A stretch of DNA of 64,000 nucleotides from Minisyncoccota bacterium (GTDB taxonomy: Bacteria > Patescibacteriota > Minisyncoccia > Phycocordibacterales > UBA6065): the NCBI GenBank assembly GCA_036400935.1, contig DASWWW010000002.1:63939-127938 (forward strand). Direction: 5' to 3'. This document shows positions 9,384-18,807 of the stretch, piece by piece. Position 1 is the stretch's first letter. Each line of letters starts with the position of its first letter. The notes beneath the pieces are model-generated. The model ran no database searches. It worked only from the letters and a program-made list of their open reading frames with translations, and was not told the origin of the DNA. The translations under genes and the position numbers were made by a program.

Positions 9384-10535
9384 CTATTTAGCCTTTGTTT
9401 CGTACACCCTGCCGACGAATGCCGCGAGCACGGCGATGAACGGATCGCGGATCGAGGTCTTCGAGAACTCGACTGCCGACCTCAGGCTGTCGAAATTGAG
9501 CAGCGTGACCTTTGAATTCGTGTCCATCGTGATCGCCTTCATGAAGAAGTCGGAGAAGTCATTGTCAATAATGGCGAAAATCTGCGAGGGCGCCTTCTTT
9601 TGGGAGACCGAGGCAAGCGTTTTCTTGAGCGCCGCCGACCATTCGATCGATGCCTGCGCTATGACAGGCTGCAACTGGGCCTCCAGCGCCGCCTCGGCAT
9701 GGCCCTGATGATACAGACGGACCAATGAGGCGGCCTCGTCCGGGGTCATAAGGAATGCGCGGGCCATTTTGCGCGCCAAGAAATGCCTTCCCAGCGGAAA
9801 GCTAGCCGTCTCGAGTATGAGCCCGTCCTTGATTACGGAAATGTCGGAAAGCTCCGAACCTACGTCTATGATCGCGAAGTCCCGCTGATCATGAAATACG
9901 TCGCGGATCGCCGAAAAGGATGCCAAAGGGAAAGAATACGCACCCATTTGCTTTGGATGGTACGCGGACATCGAGACGTCAAACACCCTGTCGATAACGG
10001 CGCGCGGCATGAGGCTTATGAAAAGCGAGATTTCGGCGAGCACGGCCTTCTTGCCGTACGGATTCGCGACTTCTTCGCCGTTCACCTTTATCTGGACGAC
10101 GCGCTTTTCCAAAACATGAAGCTTGTCTGCCAGATTGTTCGACCCGAGCATCTCTTTTTCGAATAATTTCTCCTGCTCCGCAACGATGCTGCTGACGAGC
10201 TTCTTGGTGAGGGTAAAGCCCTCCGGCTTTGCCACTACGGCAACCTTGGTCTGAGTAACGGCCCACGGCGATGAGAACGTATAAAAGATCCTGCGAGTCT
10301 CGTATTCGCCAAAGCCGAACCGCGCGAGATTGGCGTTGACCTTCTTGAGAGCGTCGAGCATGTCTCCGAGGAACCTTTCCGGCTGAGCCTGGTCCCGATA
10401 CGGGATATCCTCGCGGGCGACATGGAGGACCTGAGGGGTCTTGCCGCGACGCAAACGCATGAGGCCGGCCGACACCGACGACGAGCCTACATGGAATACG
10501 ATTCCGAGCTCGGGTTTGGATGAGAAAAGCGACAT
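9384..10535 (-). CDS. actin-like ATPase, PilM/FtsA family
   Basis: N-terminal GIVFHVGSSSVSAGL and later IIDVGSELSDISVIKDGL match the two phosphate-binding motifs of PilM/FtsA-type sugar-kinase/actin folds. Confidence 0.65.
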   Translation of the reverse strand: MSLFSSKPELGIVFHVGSSSVSAGLMRLRRGKTPQVLHVAREDIPYRDQAQPERFLGDMLDALKKVNANLARFGFGEYETRRIFYTFSSPWAVTQTKVAVVAKPEGFTLTKKLVSSIVAEQEKLFEKEMLGSNNLADKLHVLEKRVVQIKVNGEEVANPYGKKAVLAEISLFISLMPRAVIDRVFDVSMSAYHPKQMGAYSFPLASFSAIRDVFHDQRDFAIIDVGSELSDISVIKDGLILETASFPLGRHFLARKMARAFLMTPDEAASLVRLYHQGHAEAALEAQLQPVIAQASIEWSAALKKTLASVSQKKAPSQIFAIIDNDFSDFFMKAITMDTNSKVTLLNFDSLRSAVEFSKTSIRDPFIAVLAAFVGRVYETKAK

Positions 10536-10548
10536 GAGAATAGTATAG

Positions 10549-10588
10549 CAAAGAAAATCGCCGAGACGCTTGTGCGTAACTCGGCGAT
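10549..10588 (-). terminator. Rho-independent terminator after alaS
   Basis: ATCGCCGAG...CTCGGCGAT 9-bp stem followed by tttctttgc on the minus strand. Confidence 0.5.
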
Positions 10589-10607
10589 TCCCGATATTTG
10601 CAGGACT

Positions 10608-12491
10608 TTAGCTCAAAACCGCCTTGATGCGGCGAACCCCTGCTGAGACGGCCTCTTCCTTCTGAATCTTAAATGTGCCGAGGGTGCCCGTATTCTCCAC
10701 GTGCGGGCCTCCGCAGAACTCCTTTGATACGGCCGAGTCGATCGACTCGCCAATGTAGTAGACGGAGACGACATCGCCGTACTTGTCGCCAAAGAAATGG
10801 AGCGCGCCGGTCTTTTCAGCCTCTGCTTTCGGCAACTCGACGCGTCGGACAGACAATTTAGCGGAAATATTCTTGTTCACGATCCCCTCGACCCTCTTTT
10901 TCTCGTCATCGGTCATCTTTGCGGTATGGGTAAAATCGAATCGCAATCGTTCAGGCGTAATATTCGATCCCTTCTGCGATACGTGCGTACCGAGAACCTG
11001 TCGGAGGGCCTGGTGGAGCAAATGGGTGGCCGTATGGTACTTCACCGACATTTCCGAGGTGTCACCGAGGCCTCCCTTGAACTTCTGCTCTGCGCCCGCG
11101 CGCGAGAGGTCCTGATGCTTCTTCATTTCGACATCGAAAACAGACTTGGTATCGGCCGCGATAGCGACTTTTTCATACTGGGCGACCTCTACGGCGAGCT
11201 CATACGGGAATCCGTACGAGGTAAAAAGGGTGAAAGCGATGTTGCCGTCAAAAGGCTTGCCGCCTGCGACGAGCTTGTGGAATTCCTTGATGCCGTCAGC
11301 GACAGTCTTGCGGAATTTATCCTCCTCTCGAGCGATCTCCTCAGTGATCATGGCCTTTCGGGCGAAAGTCTCGGGATATGCGTCCTTATAGAAATTCAAA
11401 ATAGTCGGAACGAGACCGGTCAGGCCGCTTTCCCTGATGCCGAGGAGGTCCCAGTGGCGTACAGCGCGTCGCAAGAGGCGTCGCACGAAGTAGCCCTGAT
11501 CGGAGTTCGACGGATTGACGCCGTCGCCGATCAGAAAGATCGATGCTCGGACATGGTCGGCGACTACGCGGAATGACTTGGTGTATTTCTCGTCGGAATA
11601 CGACTTGCCCGAGAGCTTCTCGAGAGTCTCGATCACGCCTGCAAAGATATCGATCTTGAAGACGTCAGGAGTATTCGCAAGAGCCGCGACAATGCGCTCG
11701 AATCCCCCGCCGAAGTCAACGTTTTTCTGAGGAAGCTTCGAGAACGTGCCGTCAGGATTCTTCTTGTACTCCATGAATACGTTGTTTCCGATCTCGAGGA
11801 ATCGCCCGCAGTCGCAGTTTGGGTGGCAATGCTCGCCGTATTTGGTGTCGTGCTCTACATCCGTGAACTCATAGAACATTTCAGTGTCAGGGCCGCCCGG
11901 CTCGTTAGCAGGCATCTTTTCAGGAACTCCGGCACGGCTCCACCAGTTCTTCTTTACGTCGTAATAGAAGATGCGGCCACCCTGCATGCCGACCTTGCCG
12001 CCATTGTCCTCGCTGCCGATCTCGACAACCTTGGCGTCGATGCCCTTAGAGGCAAAAAGGCCTTTCCAAATCTCTACCGCCTCGGTATCCTTCGGGATCT
12101 TATTCTTGTCGTCGCCGATGAATGTCGTTACGTAAAAGCGCTTTGGGTCGATGCCGATTTGGTTTATCAAAAAGTCGAACATCCACGGGATCTGCTCCTG
12201 CTTGAAGAAGTCGCCGAGAGACCAGTTGCCGAGCATCTCGAAGAAAGTCGTATGGCGGTTGTCGCCCACGTCCTCGATGTCGCCCGAGCGGAACGACTTC
12301 TGCGAATCGGCGATGCGCGTGCCTAGAGGATGCTTTTCGCCAAGGAGGTACGGCACCATAGGCTGCATACCGGAGCCAGTAAAGAGCGTCGTAGGGTCGT
12401 TCTCGGGAACGAGGCTCGCCGATGGCACGATTACGTGCCCCTTGCTCTTGAAATAGTCGAAAAAACGCTGCCGTACGTCGTTTGATGTCAT
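10608..12491 (-). CDS. alaS: Alanine--tRNA ligase, short form (catalytic + tRNA-recognition + editing domains; no C-Ala domain)
   Basis: MTSNDVRQRFFDYFKSKGH…NDPTTLFTGSGMQP… class-II AlaRS. Editing-domain HxxxH motif HTATHLLHQAL. 627 aa versus about 870 typical. Confidence 0.92.
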   Translation of the reverse strand: MTSNDVRQRFFDYFKSKGHVIVPSASLVPENDPTTLFTGSGMQPMVPYLLGEKHPLGTRIADSQKSFRSGDIEDVGDNRHTTFFEMLGNWSLGDFFKQEQIPWMFDFLINQIGIDPKRFYVTTFIGDDKNKIPKDTEAVEIWKGLFASKGIDAKVVEIGSEDNGGKVGMQGGRIFYYDVKKNWWSRAGVPEKMPANEPGGPDTEMFYEFTDVEHDTKYGEHCHPNCDCGRFLEIGNNVFMEYKKNPDGTFSKLPQKNVDFGGGFERIVAALANTPDVFKIDIFAGVIETLEKLSGKSYSDEKYTKSFRVVADHVRASIFLIGDGVNPSNSDQGYFVRRLLRRAVRHWDLLGIRESGLTGLVPTILNFYKDAYPETFARKAMITEEIAREEDKFRKTVADGIKEFHKLVAGGKPFDGNIAFTLFTSYGFPYELAVEVAQYEKVAIAADTKSVFDVEMKKHQDLSRAGAEQKFKGGLGDTSEMSVKYHTATHLLHQALRQVLGTHVSQKGSNITPERLRFDFTHTAKMTDDEKKRVEGIVNKNISAKLSVRRVELPKAEAEKTGALHFFGDKYGDVVSVYYIGESIDSAVSKEFCGGPHVENTGTLGTFKIQKEEAVSAGVRRIKAVLS

Positions 12492-12501
12492 GTGCTCAAA
12501 T

Positions 12502-14259
12502 CTACCTGTTTTTAGTCAATTTTTCCAGTTTATCAATATCTTTCGAGATAGACTCAAGCCCTTTCTTCCAGAAATCAGGCTTGGTGACGTCGATGCCGAT
12601 GGACTTGAAGATGTTTTCAGGCGAGTCACTTCCTCCGGCAGACAGGAATTGCTTTATCTTACCAATGAATTTCTTGTCCTCCTTGTATTTGGCGTAGAGC
12701 GCCTTTGAGATGAGCTGGCCGAATGCGTATGAGTAGACGTAGAAGAAGCGACGGATATGACCCCACTGCACGAAATAATAGCCGTCGATATCCTTCATGT
12801 GAGTTATCGGACCGAGATACGAGGACATATGCTTGTTCATGAGGGCCGCCAGCTCCTCCTTGGACATGCCGCCCTTTGCCCGGATCGTCTTGTGCATCTC
12901 TGTTTCGAAATTGAAACACGCGATCTGGCGGAAGATGGTCTGAATGTCGTCATTTATCTTGGTGTGGAGGGCGACGATCTTTTCCTTTTCAGAAAGAGTC
13001 TCGTACACCGCATCGAAAAGGATGGCTTCAAAGAGCGTGCTCGCTACTTCGGCCGAGGACATCGAATAGTCCTGGTACATGACCGGCTGGACCTTGGACA
13101 GCTCGGAATGTATCGCGTGGCCCATCTCATGAGCGAATGTCGAGGCCGAATCGAATGTCTCGGTATCGTTCAAAAGCACGAATGTCGGGCGATTCTTGTC
13201 CGAATGGCAATATGCCCCGCCTGTCTTTCCCTGTCGTGGAAACACATCGATCTGGCCGTTCTCGAGGAATCGGTTGAGGATAGCTTCAAATTCAGGGTCA
13301 ACGTCTCGAAACACCTTTCGAAGCATCTCTACGGATTCGGCAAAGGGGATCTTTTTGACATTTTCGCCGATTCCGATATTGCGATCCGAGTATTCAAGGT
13401 GCGGCAGCTTGAGAAGCTTCGCCTTGAGGGCAAGGAATCGATGGCTAATCCTGAAATTGTCGGTGACGGCTGCGACGAGGGCGAGCACGCTCTTGCGCTC
13501 GTTCTGATAACCCAGGATCGTAGCGTCATAAGGCTCGACGAAACCCCGGAGCTCATCGTCGATCTTCTTGTTGGTCACGATGGCGTTTATCTCGCTCTCT
13601 GCGACATCGGAGTGTGACTCGAGCACTTTCATGAGGCTCGCGTGCAATTCGCGCCGCTCTGCGGTCGGCAGATCGCCGATCTTGTTTACCGCCTCTGGAA
13701 TCGGCATGTCTCGACCCTGAAACGAGACCGAGCTCTTGGCCAAGAGCTTTTCCGTAGCATCGAGCCAATGCGAATAGGCCGGCAGAGACTTGATGCTCAT
13801 GATTTTCTCCTCGGCCTCGGACAGATCATGCTTTGCCTTATTGAATACAGTCTTCAGGTAATACGCGAAAGGAGCCAATTTCTTGGAAGAGATGAATTTC
13901 TTCTGGAGAGGTGCCGGAATTTTCGCGAGCGAGAGCTCGAAGAACATGATCTTGTGCTCTATTTTCGTAAGGCGCTCTATGAACTGGGTCGACTTGGCAC
14001 GGGCAACCGAGTCCTTTGAATCGAGATCGGTCAGGAAATTGAAGTACGTGATCGATTTCGTGAAGCTGCGCTCGGAAAAGAGAGACTCAAAATCCTGGAG
14101 GGCTTTCAAAAGCTTTCCCTCGTTCTTGAGATAGTCCGTCTTGCCCTTGTAGGCCTTTTCGAATGCGGCAAAATCCTTTTCGGCCGAGCGGACGTCCTTC
14201 TCGATCCTTGGATCATTATGGTCCTTGTACAAGAGCCCGAGGTTCCAGGTTGTTTTCAT
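12502..14259 (-). CDS. pepF: Oligoendopeptidase F (M3 family)
   Basis: HEMGHAIH zinc motif and M3B-like length (585 aa). Confidence 0.85.
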   Translation of the reverse strand: MKTTWNLGLLYKDHNDPRIEKDVRSAEKDFAAFEKAYKGKTDYLKNEGKLLKALQDFESLFSERSFTKSITYFNFLTDLDSKDSVARAKSTQFIERLTKIEHKIMFFELSLAKIPAPLQKKFISSKKLAPFAYYLKTVFNKAKHDLSEAEEKIMSIKSLPAYSHWLDATEKLLAKSSVSFQGRDMPIPEAVNKIGDLPTAERRELHASLMKVLESHSDVAESEINAIVTNKKIDDELRGFVEPYDATILGYQNERKSVLALVAAVTDNFRISHRFLALKAKLLKLPHLEYSDRNIGIGENVKKIPFAESVEMLRKVFRDVDPEFEAILNRFLENGQIDVFPRQGKTGGAYCHSDKNRPTFVLLNDTETFDSASTFAHEMGHAIHSELSKVQPVMYQDYSMSSAEVASTLFEAILFDAVYETLSEKEKIVALHTKINDDIQTIFRQIACFNFETEMHKTIRAKGGMSKEELAALMNKHMSSYLGPITHMKDIDGYYFVQWGHIRRFFYVYSYAFGQLISKALYAKYKEDKKFIGKIKQFLSAGGSDSPENIFKSIGIDVTKPDFWKKGLESISKDIDKLEKLTKNR

Positions 14260-14266
14260 GTGGGTA

Positions 14267-14869
14267 TTAAATATATTTCTTAAGCGCCTTAAAGTCTTCC
14301 ATCAAAACGGGTTTCATTCCGCCATTGTAGAGGGCGACAGCGGGATGATACAGGGCTATGACCGTAACAGTACCATATGAGGCCGTTCCTTTGAATTCCT
14401 TGCCGTGAATTTTCGAAACGGGCTGAAGCTCCCCTGCCAGGCCGTATTTTTCAAATACGTATTTCATCGAGAGACGGCCAAGGCATGCGATTATGCGCGG
14501 CTTGATTATTTCGATCTGGCGCTCGAGGAATGGGCCGTAGAGCGTGATCTCCTCCGGCGACGGGTCGCGATTATCCTGAGGGCGATCCTTTACGAGATTG
14601 GTCACGTAGACCGTCGTCCGATCCATCTTTATCGAAGCGAGCAGCTCATCGAGCAATTTTCCCGATCGCCCGCAGAAAGGCTTTGCCGTCTTGGCCTCTG
14701 TCTCGCCGGGCGCCTCGCCTACAAACATTATATGCGACTCGTGATTTCCCTCTCCTATGACCGGAAAGTACTTGTTTTCGGTTCGGAAGGCGTACAGGGA
14801 CGACTGCTTGAGATTCAGGATTTCGTCTCGGATCTGCTTGAGCTGGTCGATATTGGAATTCAGCGCCAT
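14267..14869 (-). CDS. Uracil-DNA glycosylase, family 4
   Basis: GEAPGETEAKTAKPFCGRSGKLLDELL motif (GEAPG…PF.G..G). Confidence 0.85.
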   Translation of the reverse strand: MALNSNIDQLKQIRDEILNLKQSSLYAFRTENKYFPVIGEGNHESHIMFVGEAPGETEAKTAKPFCGRSGKLLDELLASIKMDRTTVYVTNLVKDRPQDNRDPSPEEITLYGPFLERQIEIIKPRIIACLGRLSMKYVFEKYGLAGELQPVSKIHGKEFKGTASYGTVTVIALYHPAVALYNGGMKPVLMEDFKALKKYI

Positions 14870-14954
14870 ACGGGAAGTATATCAAACGATTGACAGGATT
14901 GAGGGCCGGGATTAGCTTGAGGGAGTAAGCACACTTCAGCCCGCTCAAATCCTT

Positions 14955-15293
14955 ATGGATATATTCAAACCCGTCTGTTTTGGACTCGGCCTTGCCGCTA
15001 TAGCCGGCGGTGCCGTTTGGTACGATTCCCGCCCAGCACCTCCATCGAAAGGAATAAAGATCGAGGTTACCTATCCGAAACCCGAGGTGGAACCTCCAAA
15101 ACCGCAGATTGTCGATTTCAAAAACGGCGTCTACTGGTTTCCGTGGAGCGGTAACGAGTACCGGACCCAACTATCCTTGTTTCGCACGCAAAATCCGCAG
15201 CTTCGATTCGTGAGCGCTTCGCCCGAGATCGGCTCAAGTATGGCCGGATCTGTCGACGTCATCGGACACAACGTCTACTTCGAGGCGAAATAA
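14955..15293 (+). CDS. hypothetical small membrane-anchored protein
   Basis: N-terminal hydrophobic segment. A hairpin + T6 terminator follows at about 15296-15325. Confidence 0.5.
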   Translation: MDIFKPVCFGLGLAAIAGGAVWYDSRPAPPSKGIKIEVTYPKPEVEPPKPQIVDFKNGVYWFPWSGNEYRTQLSLFRTQNPQLRFVSASPEIGSSMAGSVDVIGHNVYFEAK

Positions 15294-15644
15294 GCCTCAA
15301 GGCAGCAAGACTCGCATTGCGGGTCTTTTTTATATAAAAAAGCACACCCCTAGTTATGGGTGCGCGCATACTTTTCCGCTCCTCCGTTTTCGACATAACT
15401 GAAAAACACCTGATTGCGCTCCGCTTCAGTCTTGCAAGGAGGGGCCTTGCAGAGCTCTCGGAGCATCTGGCGAAGATTTCGCTGGGACGTAAGCATGTCC
15501 CGCATTTTCTGAGGAGGCAGCGAACACGGCTGGGCAAGTTGGCGGTCGCAATTGCTGAGACCGATGAAAATCCTGCAGTATGTAAAGGAGTTCAAAGAGG
15601 GTTTGGGTTGCTCCTGTAATTGTCCTCCCAAACGCCCGAGAAAG

Positions 15645-15950
15645 CTAGGCGGTTATGCACACGCCCTCGGCCTTCAGCAAGGCGATCTTGGCCTTGTCGC
15701 CTGTCGCGCCGCCGCGGATGCCGTTATAGCCGCCGATCTTGCCATCAGACCTGATGACGCGGTGGCACGGGACCGACTTGTCGGAGTTGTGGGACATGAT
15801 CATGCCGACGGCGCGGGCGCCATTCGGGCTCCCCGCCCGCAACGCGACTTCCTTGTACGTCAAAGTCTTGCCCTTCGGTATGTCCCGAACGACTTTCTCA
15901 ACCATCTCCTTAAAGGAGGCTCGCCGTCTTGTTATTATCGTTTCCTTCAT
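15645..15950 (-). CDS. ogt: Methylated-DNA--protein-cysteine methyltransferase, DNA-binding domain only (Ogt/MGMT-like); start may be the ATG at 15905
   Basis: Active-site PCHRV motif within …VPCHRVIRSDGKIGGY…. Confidence 0.75.
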   Translation of the reverse strand: MKETIITRRRASFKEMVEKVVRDIPKGKTLTYKEVALRAGSPNGARAVGMIMSHNSDKSVPCHRVIRSDGKIGGYNGIRGGATGDKAKIALLKAEGVCITA

Positions 15951-16767
15951 CTTTCTTTGATTTAGATTTTACTTCGGCTCGCTTTGATTCAATTATCTTC
16001 TGGACGAACGGCGCCTGGACCTCGGTTACGAACTTTCGATACATGCAATAGTCGCATACCGGGCTGTGCGCCGGCAGCGTCTCGCTGTCGAGGCATTCGC
16101 GCGCCTGCATGATGGCATCCTCAACCCAGGTATCATCGCCCTTGTGAGGAATGAGGGTGACATCGAATTCGAGCTTCGCATCAAAAGCCTCCTTGTCCTT
16201 GCGCCCATTCACGTACACGAAGTATCCGGTGTCCGAAACCTTGAATCCCTTCTTGCGGAAGAGCCACTGGTACACCTCCATCTGGCGCTTGTACTGGCGG
16301 TCCCACCCGGAATCGGACAAGGTCTCGACTTTGCCGTCCTTCGAAGTCGCTTTGTAGTCGACGATGATCAGCTCGCCCTCCGAATTCACCCACAAGTCGT
16401 CGATCGCGCCGGAAACTGTCAGGCCGGAGGCGGGATGTCGAACCTGTATGCCGACGAAGTTCTCGCGCCAGTCGTTGAGCAGGTCGTGAGAGAAAGGAAC
16501 GGCGTCCACTCCGTATTTTTTCATCAAAGGATGCGACGTCTTTTCCGCGCGATGAAAATCAAACTCCTTCTTGAGCAAGGCGTCTACGGCAATGTTGAGC
16601 GTGAAGGACGGGCCTTTCGGTCGTCCCACGCCGAGCTTGTTGTCGAGGTAAAAGCAGCGCGGGCACTCCATGAAGAGGTCGAGCTTCGATCGGGAGAGTT
16701 TCCACTTTTCGCCGCCATAGTTCCAGTTGGCGCTGCGTATCTGCAATTTTTTGACGTATTCAGCCAT
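15910..16767 (-). CDS. PD-(D/E)XK nuclease with 4 Cys (Cas4/AddB-like Fe-S nuclease fold), standalone
   Basis: IIVDYKAT (D…E.K-type core) with Cys pairs CPRC (N-term) and CDYC (C-term). Confidence 0.7.
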   Translation of the reverse strand: MAEYVKKLQIRSANWNYGGEKWKLSRSKLDLFMECPRCFYLDNKLGVGRPKGPSFTLNIAVDALLKKEFDFHRAEKTSHPLMKKYGVDAVPFSHDLLNDWRENFVGIQVRHPASGLTVSGAIDDLWVNSEGELIIVDYKATSKDGKVETLSDSGWDRQYKRQMEVYQWLFRKKGFKVSDTGYFVYVNGRKDKEAFDAKLEFDVTLIPHKGDDTWVEDAIMQARECLDSETLPAHSPVCDYCMYRKFVTEVQAPFVQKIIESKRAEVKSKSKKDEGNDNNKTASLL

Positions 16768-16780
16768 AGTGATAGCGGGA

Positions 16781-17626
16781 TTATTTACAGACGCTCTTAA
16801 TGTCGGCCATGATTGCCGGAATGCGATCGCGAGGGACGCCCATGCCGACCAACTCCTCCTCGCTCACGTTCAAGTGCCTGCACAGCACGAGCCCGCTATC
16901 CAGGAGCTTTTGCTTGTCCATTTCAGAGAGGCTCGGCAATGCGGTCAGGGGATGAAGGCCCGATTCCTCGATCAGGTCCTCGAGGTTGCCCTTCCTTGGG
17001 TAATTCCAACCGATGAGGGCGAGGTCCTGGCACTCGGCATAGCGGATGGCGTGATCCGTAAACTTCGTATTGGTAATCAGGAAGCATTTTGTGAGCTTGC
17101 GCTTTTTGCCGCCGTATATGAAGCTGCGGCCTTTGAGGTCGTCGAAGCGCGCCTTTATATAGAGGGCGACCTTGATATCGGATTTCAGGCCGGGCTCGTT
17201 GTGGAATTTTGCCTCGACCATAGCGAGCTGATTGCCCTTCCACGCGACGACGTCGATCTCATGCTCGACGCAATGGCCTTCGACCATCTGATCGGTGACG
17301 GCCTCATATCCTTTTGCCTTGAAAATCTCAGCCACGAATTTCTCGAACGGAAAGCCCTTTGGACCGAGTTCCGAGACGGCGCGCTTCATTGAATATTTTA
17401 CGGCGGCGGCAGTCGCGGCCGCTTTTGGCATGCTGCGCAGGAGGTCAAAGGCATGGCGATAGATATCGTTCGTCGTCATGCCGTCGAAAAGCTCCTTCTC
17501 TATGTGCGAGGCGATCTCGTGCGCCTGGCCGGCAGTCGCGCCCGCGCGGCGAAGCGATCCGATGAGCTTCGAAGGGTCGAATACTTCCTGCTCTCCCGTA
17601 GATTTTACGACGAGGATTGGTGACAT
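16781..17626 (-). CDS. ATP-cone domain fused to restriction-endonuclease-like (Mrr-cat-like) domain
   Basis: N-terminus VVKSTGEQEVFDPSKLIGSLRRAGA matches the ATP-cone pattern. Middle segment VEHEIDVVAWKGNQLAMVEAKF looks like a D-x(n)-E-x-K core. Confidence 0.65.
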   Translation of the reverse strand: MSPILVVKSTGEQEVFDPSKLIGSLRRAGATAGQAHEIASHIEKELFDGMTTNDIYRHAFDLLRSMPKAAATAAAVKYSMKRAVSELGPKGFPFEKFVAEIFKAKGYEAVTDQMVEGHCVEHEIDVVAWKGNQLAMVEAKFHNEPGLKSDIKVALYIKARFDDLKGRSFIYGGKKRKLTKCFLITNTKFTDHAIRYAECQDLALIGWNYPRKGNLEDLIEESGLHPLTALPSLSEMDKQKLLDSGLVLCRHLNVSEEELVGMGVPRDRIPAIMADIKSVCK

Positions 17627-17656
17627 GCAGATATTATAAGGTATCGGACAGATAAC

Positions 17657-18751
17657 CTAAAGCACGATACCTCCACCTAGGCAGACATCGCCTTGGTACA
17701 AGACGATGGACTGCCCTGATGCGATTATAAGTGGCTTAAGAAAGCCAACTTCCACCTCCCCGTCGGTCACAGGCTCGATATGGCAATCGAGAAGCTCGCC
17801 GAGATGGCGAACGCGTGCCTTGTACACCTTTCCAGCCTCCGGAGGCACAGCAATCCAATTGACCGAACCGAGCGAATATTCCTTCTTTTCGATATTCAAA
17901 GTTCCTTCCAGAGATTTATGCGATACGGTGATTGTATTTTTTGAAATGTCGCGGGCGGTTATATAGTAGGGCTTCTCATCCGGGGTTTTCTGAGTGACCG
18001 TAAAGCCGTGGCGCTCGCCGAGCGTCAAAAAGATGGCGCTGTCATGCGTGCCGATAGCCTTTCCGGACTCGTCGAGAACATCGCCTTTTGTCTGAGCGAT
18101 GTAATGAGACAGGAATTCGCGGATATCAACTTTGCCGATGAAGCAGAGGCCTTGGCTGTCGCGTTTTTCTGCCGTCGGCAGGTTGAACTTTCGGGCGAGA
18201 TCGCGGACCTTTGCCTTTGGCATGCCTCCTACCGGGAAAATCGTCTTTGAGAGCTGCTCCGACGTGAGCGTCCAGAGGAAATACGACTGATCCTTGCCCT
18301 CATCGACGCCGGAAGCCAGGCACGACGCTCCGCCAACGTTTTTTATCTGGGCATAGTGCCCCGTCGCGACGAATACCTCCTCGCCGGGTTTTGCCTGCCT
18401 CATCGCCCAATCGAAAAACCCGCCGAATTTCACGTGACGGTTGCACATGATGTCGGGATTCGGCGTTCGGCCCGCCTTGTATTCGGAAATCATGTAATCA
18501 ACGACCTCCTTCTTGTATTCCTTTTCCAGATCGAGAGTGACGAACGGTATGCCGAGCTCTACCGCGACGCGCATGGCGTCTAGCCGATCCTCGCGCCATG
18601 TGCACTCGAACCAGTTCGGCTGCCAAACCTTTATGAAAACGCCAGTCACGTCAAAGCCCCGCTCCTTCAAGAGCGCCGCGGAGACGGAAGAGTCCACGCC
18701 TCCGGACATGCCGACGAATACTTTCTTTTTTGCCGAGGTTTGACCTTGCAT
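17657..18751 (-). CDS. mnmA: tRNA-specific 2-thiouridylase MnmA
   Basis: PP-loop SGGVDSS at the N-terminus, 364 aa. Confidence 0.9.
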   Translation of the reverse strand: MQGQTSAKKKVFVGMSGGVDSSVSAALLKERGFDVTGVFIKVWQPNWFECTWREDRLDAMRVAVELGIPFVTLDLEKEYKKEVVDYMISEYKAGRTPNPDIMCNRHVKFGGFFDWAMRQAKPGEEVFVATGHYAQIKNVGGASCLASGVDEGKDQSYFLWTLTSEQLSKTIFPVGGMPKAKVRDLARKFNLPTAEKRDSQGLCFIGKVDIREFLSHYIAQTKGDVLDESGKAIGTHDSAIFLTLGERHGFTVTQKTPDEKPYYITARDISKNTITVSHKSLEGTLNIEKKEYSLGSVNWIAVPPEAGKVYKARVRHLGELLDCHIEPVTDGEVEVGFLKPLIIASGQSIVLYQGDVCLGGGIVL

Positions 18752-18807
18752 GAGATATATGTAGCATTAATAACGGCGTCCTTCAACCCTCAATCCAACC
18801 TACGACC

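Noticed and set aside
15350-15631. Overlapping small ORFs on both strands (93 aa minus, 87 aa plus) between the 14955 gene and ogt
   Set aside because: Neither has motifs, a clear promoter or an RBS. The minus-strand one could be co-transcribed with ogt, but the evidence is too thin to call.
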